64,000 bases of DNA from Burkholderiales bacterium (GTDB lineage: Bacteria; Pseudomonadota; Gammaproteobacteria; Burkholderiales; SG8-39). Below, in pieces: positions 58,324 to 64,000 of this stretch; the stretch's first letter is position 1, and each line of letters starts with the position of its first letter. The position numbers were made by a program, and so were the translations under genes. Below the pieces are notes generated by a model that searched no databases, was not told where the DNA came from, and saw only the letters and a list, made by a program, of their open reading frames with translations. Location of the stretch: the NCBI GenBank assembly GCA_014860395.1, contig JACZJU010000154.1, positions 4,439-68,438 on the forward strand, given 5' to 3'.

Positions 58324-59775
58324 TCAGCCTCCCGTCAGGCGCCGCGCGAGCGACAGCGGCACATCCGGATAAAAGAACAGGGCGACGGTCGCGCACGCCG
58401 TCAGCAGCAATGCGAAAACCATTGCCCGCGGCGCTTCGCCATGCGCCTCGCCTGCTGCCGGGCGGAAGTACGCCCGGTATACGACAGGCAGGAAATACCC
58501 CGCATTGAGCAGGGTGCTCACCGCGATTATCGCGACCGCCGCCCACTTGCCGCTCGACATCGCGCCGGAGAGCATGAACCATTTGCTGATGAAACCTGCG
58601 GTCGGCGGCAGACCGATCATGGAAAGCGCGCCGACCGCGAACGCCGCCATGGTCCATGGCATGCGCCGGCCGATGCCGTCGAGCTGGCTTACTTCGGTCT
58701 TGTGCGCAGCGGTGTAGATGGCGCCCGCGGCGAAGAACAGGGTGATCTTGCCGACCGCGTGCATGGCAATGTGCAAGGCCGCCCCGACCACCGACAGCGG
58801 AGTCAGCAAGGCGGCAAAGAACACGATGTAGGAAAGCTGGCTTACCGTGGAGTAGGCCAGGCGGCGCTTGAGGTTGTCCGAGCGCAGCGCGACGATGGAG
58901 GCGGCGATGATGGTAAAGCCGGACACGAACGGCAGCCAGTCGACGCTCGCAAGGCCCGTGATCCGTTCGACGCCGAACACATACACGATCACCTTCACTA
59001 CCGAAAACACGCCTGCTTTCACCACCGCGACCGCGTGCAGCAGCGCCGACACCGGGGTCGGCGCGACCATCGCCGCCGGCAGCCAGCGATGGAACGGCAT
59101 CAGCGCGGCCTTGCCGATGCCGAACATGTAGAGCGCCAGCAGTCCGCCGATGGCGGCGTTCGACAGCCCATGCCCCAGTATTCCGCCGGCGGTGAATTCC
59201 AGGGTGCCGGCCACTGCCCAGGTAATGACAATCGCGGGCAGCAGGAACACGATCGATGTGCCAAGCAGGTAACCCAGATACAGGCGCCCGCCGCGGCGCG
59301 CCTCGTCGTCGCCGTGGTGGGTCACCAGCGGATAGGTGATCAACGTCAGCGCCTCGTAAAAGAGATAGAGCGTGAGCAAGTTCGCACTGAATGCGATTCC
59401 CATGGTGCAGGCGAGCGCCAGGGCGAAACAGACATAGAAGCGTGTCTGGTGCGCCTCGCGGTTGGCGCGCATGTATCCGATCGAGTACAGCGAGTTGACC
59501 ACCCACAGGGCCGATGCCACCAGCGCGAACAGCATCCCCAGCGGTTCTACGCGCAGGGAAAGCGCGATCCCCGGCAGCATCTGTATCAGCGTCACCTGCG
59601 GTTCGGCCCCACCGAGCACCGGGCCGAGCAGGGACAGCACGCACAGGAGCAGAACGGCTGCGGTGATCAGCGTCGCCGCCTCGCGCAGATCCGGCCAGCG
59701 GTCGCACGCGGCAATGGCGAGCGCTCCCAGAACCGGCACAAACAGCGCAGCAAGCAATATGGCGTCCGGAATCAT
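58324..59775 (-). CDS. Antiporter-like subunit 2 (MrpD/NuoN-class)
   Basis: 483 aa, about 14 TMs, with the proton-antiporter-M core. Confidence 0.85.
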   Translation of the reverse strand: MIPDAILLAALFVPVLGALAIAACDRWPDLREAATLITAAVLLLCVLSLLGPVLGGAEPQVTLIQMLPGIALSLRVEPLGMLFALVASALWVVNSLYSIGYMRANREAHQTRFYVCFALALACTMGIAFSANLLTLYLFYEALTLITYPLVTHHGDDEARRGGRLYLGYLLGTSIVFLLPAIVITWAVAGTLEFTAGGILGHGLSNAAIGGLLALYMFGIGKAALMPFHRWLPAAMVAPTPVSALLHAVAVVKAGVFSVVKVIVYVFGVERITGLASVDWLPFVSGFTIIAASIVALRSDNLKRRLAYSTVSQLSYIVFFAALLTPLSVVGAALHIAMHAVGKITLFFAAGAIYTAAHKTEVSQLDGIGRRMPWTMAAFAVGALSMIGLPPTAGFISKWFMLSGAMSSGKWAAVAIIAVSTLLNAGYFLPVVYRAYFRPAAGEAHGEAPRAMVFALLLTACATVALFFYPDVPLSLARRLTGG

Positions 59776-61253
59776 CGCACGCTGCTTAGCAGAACCTGAG
59801 CGGCGAGCCTGGCGCCGTCCAGTGTATAGCCGGTGTCCAGACCGAAATACACGCAGCCCGCGACCATGATCCAGGCCGGAATCAGCATCGACACCGGCGC
59901 TTCAGCCAGTCCCGCGGCAGCCGGCGCCGGTGCGCGGAAATAGGCCACCTCGACGAAGCGCCAGACATAGGCGACGGCGATGAGCGAACTCGCCACGATC
60001 AGCGCCGCGAGCCACCAATAGCCGTGCGCTATCGCACCCAAGATGAGATACCACTTGCTGATGAAGCCCGCGGTGCCCGGAATGCCGATCAGGCTCATGC
60101 CGCCGATCACTATCCCGAACGCAGTAAGCGGCATGGTTTTGCCGAGCCCGGCGATGCGCTCGAGGCTGGTCGAACCGACGCGCAACGACACGCCCCCGAG
60201 CAACATAAAGATCGCGCCCTTGGTGATGCCGTGGTTGAACAAGTGCACCACCGCTCCGGTCAGGCCCGGTTCGTTCGCCAAACCCATGCCCAGAGTGATA
60301 TAGCCGATCTGGGCCACGCTCGAGTAGGCGAACAGGCGCTTCAGATCGCGCTGATACACTGCCACCAGCGATGCACTCACCACGGCGAGCACCGACAGCC
60401 CGATCAAAACTTCCGCCATCGGCAGCCGCCCGAACACCAACGGTATGCCGAAAACCAGAAAATAGTAGCGCAGCAGCACGTAGACCGATACCTTGGTCGC
60501 GCTCGCAGCGAGGAAGGCGGTGACCGCGGAGGGCGCATAGGTGTAGGCGTTCGGCAGCCAGAAGTGCAGCGGAAATAATGCAAGCTTGAGCCCGATCCCC
60601 GCGGTGATGAAGGCGAGCGCCGCCAGCACCGGGCGCATTTCGTGCACGTCGCGCAGCCGCAGCGCAAGATCGGCGATGTTGAGCGTGCCGGTCATGAGAT
60701 AGAGCAGTCCTACGCCGATGATGTAAAACGTGGCGCCGATGGTGCCCAGAACGAGGTACTGGTAGGCGGCGAGCAGCGCGCGGCGGTCGCGCCCGAGTCC
60801 GACCAACACATAGGCGGACAAGGAAGAGATCTCGAGAAATACGAACAGGTTGAACGCATCACCGGTAATGGCGATGCCGAGCAGGCCGGCGAGGCACAGC
60901 GTGAGCATGCTGAAGAACAGATAGTGCTGGTCGCGCGGCAGCTCGGCCGCGACGCTGGTGCGCGCGTACGGCATCACGACAGACGCGACCAGGCTGACCA
61001 GCACCAGCACGAAGGAATTAAGCGCGTCGACGCGGTACTCAATGCCCCAGGGCGGCGGCCAGCTGCCCATCGCATAGGAGATAACCCCCGCCTCGCGCAC
61101 CTTGAACGCGAGCGCCAGCGCGATCGCGAGCGCAGTCCAGCTCACGGCTACGGCGAGCAGCCAGGCAAAGGTGCGGCGCCGGACCAGCACCATCAGCGGC
61201 GCCGCCAACAGCGGCACCACCACCTGCAGCGCGGGTAGATTCTCTGCGATCAC
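59772..61253 (-). CDS. mrpD: Antiporter-like subunit 1 (MrpD/NuoM-class)
   Basis: The GTG start (complement of 61251-61253) overlaps the mrpC stop (GTGA). VIAENLPALQVVVPLLAAPLMVL... The upstream part of the 624-aa track ORF is a shadow frame over mrpC. Confidence 0.85.
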   Translation of the reverse strand: MIAENLPALQVVVPLLAAPLMVLVRRRTFAWLLAVAVSWTALAIALALAFKVREAGVISYAMGSWPPPWGIEYRVDALNSFVLVLVSLVASVVMPYARTSVAAELPRDQHYLFFSMLTLCLAGLLGIAITGDAFNLFVFLEISSLSAYVLVGLGRDRRALLAAYQYLVLGTIGATFYIIGVGLLYLMTGTLNIADLALRLRDVHEMRPVLAALAFITAGIGLKLALFPLHFWLPNAYTYAPSAVTAFLAASATKVSVYVLLRYYFLVFGIPLVFGRLPMAEVLIGLSVLAVVSASLVAVYQRDLKRLFAYSSVAQIGYITLGMGLANEPGLTGAVVHLFNHGITKGAIFMLLGGVSLRVGSTSLERIAGLGKTMPLTAFGIVIGGMSLIGIPGTAGFISKWYLILGAIAHGYWWLAALIVASSLIAVAYVWRFVEVAYFRAPAPAAAGLAEAPVSMLIPAWIMVAGCVYFGLDTGYTLDGARLAAQVLLSSVR

Positions 61254-61615
61254 TGGCCCTCGTCCCCGGCGCTGTCCTTGTCGAGGATTTCGTCCTCCTC
61301 GATACTGTCGTAGGCTTCGCGTATGCGCACCACGATAGCCAGCCCCAGCGCGAGCGTCGCCACGCCGACGACGATCGCGGTCAGGATCAGCACGTGCGGC
61401 AGAGGGTTGGAATAGGTGTTGAACGTAGCCGCCAGAATGGGCGCAGTGCCGCCGATCAATTTGCCCGGTGCGATGTAGAGCAGATAGACCGAAGTCTGGA
61501 AGATGCCCAGACCGATCAGCTTTTTCACCAGATTGCCGCGGGCGATAACGATGTAGAGGCCCGCGATCATCAGGAAGATCGTCACCCAGTAGGTGTAATG
61601 TCCGGCCAGGCTCAT
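61250..61615 (-). CDS. mrpC: Mrp subunit C (NuoK-like)
   Basis: 121 aa, 3 TMs. ...GLGIFQTSVYLLYIA...NPLPHVLILTAIVVGVATLALGLAI... Confidence 0.85.
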   Translation of the reverse strand: MSLAGHYTYWVTIFLMIAGLYIVIARGNLVKKLIGLGIFQTSVYLLYIAPGKLIGGTAPILAATFNTYSNPLPHVLILTAIVVGVATLALGLAIVVRIREAYDSIEEDEILDKDSAGDEGQ

Positions 61616-62043
61616 TCCTCGTCCCGATCGCGCTGCCGTCCGGCAAACATGTAGAAGACTTTCAGCATCACGCCGGAAACGGTGATCGCGACGCCCACTT
61701 CGACCCAGAAAATGCCGCGCTCCTGGCCATGGACCGTATTGTGCGCAAGCACGAAATAGTCGAGGAAGTTGCCCCCCAGCAGAACACCAAACACCCCTAC
61801 CCCGCCGTACACCAACACGCCCAAAGCAACCATGCTCTCGATGAGCCAGTCCGGCGCGAATCTGCGCGCGGCGGGCAGACCGAAGATGATGGCGTAAAAG
61901 ATCACCGCCGCGGCCGCGATCACGCCGGCCTGAAACCCGCCCCCCGGGCCGAAATCGCCGTGGAATTGCACGTATAGCGCGAACAGCAGCACGAACGGGA
62001 TCAGCAGCTTGCCGAGGACCCGCAGAACCAGGTCGCGCGTCAT
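61612..62043 (-). CDS. mrpB: Mrp subunit B
   Basis: ...LYVQFHGDFGPGGGFQAGVI... is the MnhB-type motif. 143 aa. Confidence 0.8.
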   Translation of the reverse strand: MTRDLVLRVLGKLLIPFVLLFALYVQFHGDFGPGGGFQAGVIAAAAVIFYAIIFGLPAARRFAPDWLIESMVALGVLVYGGVGVFGVLLGGNFLDYFVLAHNTVHGQERGIFWVEVGVAITVSGVMLKVFYMFAGRQRDRDEE

Positions 62044-62567
62044 TTCTTCTTCTCGCGGCGCCGCCGCCGCAGCAAGGCGATCACGCCAGCGCCGGCGGTA
62101 AACACCACCGTGGTCTCGCCCAGCGTGTCATAGCCCCGATAGCTCGCCAGCACCGAAGTGACCACATTAGGCACGCCGGTTTCACGCAGCGAATCGCCCA
62201 GGTAGCGCGGCACGACATGGGTGTGGATGGCGGCCTGCGGATCGGAGAATGCGGGCAAGCCGATCGTGCCGTAGACCAGCGCTGCGCCGATGACCACTGC
62301 CACCAGCATCGGAAGCAAGGGACGGCGCAGCGGCTTGACCTCGTCCCCGCGCGTCAGATGAAGCGCGGCCAGCAGGAGCACGGTGGACATGCCGGCGCCG
62401 ACCGAGGCCTCGGTCATGGCCACGTCGACCGCGTCCAGCGCCACCAGCGCCGTGGCCATCAGAAAGCTGTAAATGGAGCCGAACACCACCACCGCGAACA
62501 GATTGCGCTGCGCCACGATCGCGACGGTCACCACCGCCATCATGGTGAGCAGCGTCATGACGATCAA
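62040..62567 (-). CDS. DUF4040 + MnhB-domain protein (equivalent of the MrpA C-terminal region / MbhD-E-like)
   Basis: ...VVFGSIYSFLMATALVALDAVDVAMTEASVGAGMSTVLLLAAL... then ...NVVTSVLASYRGYDTLGETTVVF... The TTG start at 62567 gives the same 4-nt overlap used at the other junctions. The first ATG is at 62558. Confidence 0.7.
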   Translation of the reverse strand: MIVMTLLTMMAVVTVAIVAQRNLFAVVVFGSIYSFLMATALVALDAVDVAMTEASVGAGMSTVLLLAALHLTRGDEVKPLRRPLLPMLVAVVIGAALVYGTIGLPAFSDPQAAIHTHVVPRYLGDSLRETGVPNVVTSVLASYRGYDTLGETTVVFTAGAGVIALLRRRRREKKK

Positions 62568-62890
62568 CGTTTCGATGAATCCTCTCCCGGAGCAAGCAGC
62601 GGCGCGAGTCCGCGCGAGAGCGCCGCTTTGACCAGCGCATGGGTGGCGGTCGGATTGGCGAAAAGAAACAGCAACCCGATCATGACCAGCTTCACCGCTA
62701 TAAGGCTGAGACCGGCCTGCAGCAACATGCCGAGCAGCAGCAGTCCCACGCCCACGGTGTCGGTGATGCTCGCCGCATGCACCCGCGTATAGAAATCGGG
62801 CATGCGTATCAGGCCGAACGCGCCAATCACGCAGAAAGCGCCCCCGGCGGCGATACAAATCCAGCTCAGGATTTCCAGCGCCACGCTCAT
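62564..62890 (-). CDS. mrpG: Mrp subunit G
   Basis: ...GAFGLIRMPDFYTRVHAASITDTVGVGLLL..., 108 aa. Confidence 0.8.
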   Translation of the reverse strand: MSVALEILSWICIAAGGAFCVIGAFGLIRMPDFYTRVHAASITDTVGVGLLLLGMLLQAGLSLIAVKLVMIGLLFLFANPTATHALVKAALSRGLAPLLAPGEDSSKR

Positions 62891-63171
62891 GTGTGCCGCT
62901 CCGCGTCTTCCCCCGGTTCCCCGAGGTCGCCGTAGCGGAAGAACTTCAGCACTGCGATGGTACCCAGGAGGTTGAGCAGCCCATATACCAGAGCCAGATC
63001 CAGGAACTCCGGCCGGCCGGTGAGAAACCCGAGCATCGCAAGCATCAGCATCGCCAGGGTGCCGACGGTGTTCGCCGCCTGCAGACGGTCGAATACGGTC
63101 GGACCGAGGATGGCGCGCACGAGTGCGAGCGCGAGTGCGACCAGCAGCGCGGCGGCACCGGCGGCGAACAT
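62887..63171 (-). CDS. mrpF: Mrp subunit F
   Basis: ...ILGPTVFDRLQAANTVGTLAMLMLAMLGF..., 94 aa. Confidence 0.8.
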   Translation of the reverse strand: MFAAGAAALLVALALALVRAILGPTVFDRLQAANTVGTLAMLMLAMLGFLTGRPEFLDLALVYGLLNLLGTIAVLKFFRYGDLGEPGEDAERHT

Positions 63172-63647
63172 CAGCGGTAGCCCTCGACTTTCGAGATGCG
63201 CCGGTCCATCTCGCTGTCGATCACACCTGCGCCCGAGCTTCGGGTCAGTCCATGGACCAGAAATTCATTCTGGCTCGCTTCGACCGTGATCGTGCCGGGG
63301 GTAAGCGTGATCGAATTGGCATGCGTGGCCAACCCCACCTGCGACTTTTGCGACGGTTTGAAGCGCACCAGCACCGGACTGATTGGCAGGCGCGGATCGA
63401 GGATGATGCGCGACACGTCCCAGGCCGACTTGGCGATTTCTTTCAATAGCCACGGCCAATACCAAAAGACCGCCGCGATCATCTGGATCGGGTGGCCTTC
63501 GCGATCGACTATATGCATGCGCCGCGAGAGCAGCACCACGGCAAGCGCGGACCCGGCGCCCGCAGCAAGCAGAAACGGCTCAAAATAGCCCGACAGCAGG
63601 ATCCAGAACACGTACAGCACGATGCCGAGGCTGGTCAATTGCAACAT
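63171..63647 (-). CDS. mrpE: Mrp subunit E
   Basis: ...FWILLSG...LLKEIAKSAWDVSRIIL...ANSITLTPGTITV... is the MnhE signature. It is the first gene of the operon. Confidence 0.8.
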   Translation of the reverse strand: MLQLTSLGIVLYVFWILLSGYFEPFLLAAGAGSALAVVLLSRRMHIVDREGHPIQMIAAVFWYWPWLLKEIAKSAWDVSRIILDPRLPISPVLVRFKPSQKSQVGLATHANSITLTPGTITVEASQNEFLVHGLTRSSGAGVIDSEMDRRISKVEGYR

Positions 63648-63848
63648 TCAATCGCTCCCTTGATCGCGAATGCAGGCCTCGCATTCGTGTCTCCGCTTGG
63701 TCTTCGCGATTCTACAGACCGATGCACCCGCCGACAACACAATAACCCGCCGTGATCGCGCGCTCCGCTTCTACCGCTCCCGCAAGCACGGGAAAACGCG
63801 AGTCAGCGTCGTTGTCCTAATCGCGCGAGGGTGCCCGGCACGGCCGAC

Positions 63849-63886
63849 ATGCACACGGGCGCACTCAATGTCGCGCCCGTGTGCAT
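63849..63886. other. 14-bp perfect-stem hairpin between pntB and the Mrp-like operon
   Basis: ATGCACACGGGCGC-actcaatgtc-GCGCCCGTGTGCAT lies 18 nt downstream of the pntB stop. There is no U-tract in the pntB direction. Confidence 0.4.
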
Positions 63887-63903
63887 ACAGTTTCTGTCGG
63901 CGT

Positions 63904-64000
63904 TCAGGCTTTCAGCGCGCCCAGCACCTCATCCAGCATCTTCTTCGCATCGCCGAACAGCATGCGGTTGTTCTCTTTGTAGAAGAGCGGATTGTCGACG
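63904..64000 (-). CDS. pntB: NAD(P) transhydrogenase subunit beta, C-terminal 31 codons (gene continues off the right edge)
   Basis: Hand translation gives [31 protein letters not shown], which matches the E. coli PntB terminus ...[29 protein letters not shown] from memory. Confidence 0.8.
   Translation of the reverse strand, partial: VDNPLFYKENNRMLFGDAKKMLDEVLGALKA

Noticed and set aside
56466-59799. 548-aa and 528-aa plus-strand ORFs antisense to the antiporter-like subunits
   Set aside because: Their Arg/Gln/His/Glu-rich translations have no motifs. The minus-strand frames encode textbook polytopic membrane proteins.

Overview
High-GC (hand counts of about 65-70% in most genes) chromosomal segment. 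Its gene order suggests a betaproteobacterium: rsmI / yraN-SIS-BON, birA...coaX-SPOR, and pyrC next to DUF3025. All calls rest on reading the supplied translations and the DNA by eye, because no homology search was possible. Starts are often uncertain by a few codons, and many long track ORFs are shadow frames typical of GC-rich DNA.

Content, left to right:
- a truncated PAS sensor gene that is missing from the ORF track
- RNase P RNA (rnpB, minus strand)
- DUF3025 and pyrC
- a BdbC/BdbD-type disulfide pair
- a PAS-GGDEF cyclase
- rsmI, yraN, a SIS isomerase, a BON lipoprotein and heptose-1-P adenylyltransferase
- PaiB, SPOR and coaX
- an MlrC-like peptidase wedged between coaX and birA
- a metal/oxidative-stress stretch: ZIP transporter, dps, oxyR, katG, a dps 3' remnant, and DUF2202-aminotransferase-methyltransferase fused to a TroA/Znu-type ABC importer
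- ugpBAEC-(hotdog)-ugpQ
- a HlyD/ABC-2 exporter
- PMM/PGM, a hydrolase and CbiX-MFS
- a CDO-like dioxygenase with DUF1615
- a LarA-like / FAD-oxidase / TAXI-TRAP set
- a DctPQM TRAP set with an amidase
- a ten-gene Mrp-like operon
- the 3' end of pntB

I saw no rRNA, tRNA, CRISPR, transposase, integrase, phage or recognisable defence genes. I cannot defend any locus as a wholly new system. The best leads are:
1. the rearranged Mrp-like operon, which has three antiporter-like subunits and an embedded 82-aa ORF
2. the six-gene coupled operon joining two small-molecule enzymes to a metal-type ABC importer, whose binding protein lacks the first canonical His ligand
3. a dps 3' remnant that marks an insertion or replacement event carrying oxyR-katG
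4. two families of intergenic repeats, one MITE-like (about 134 bp) and one REP-like (hairpins)
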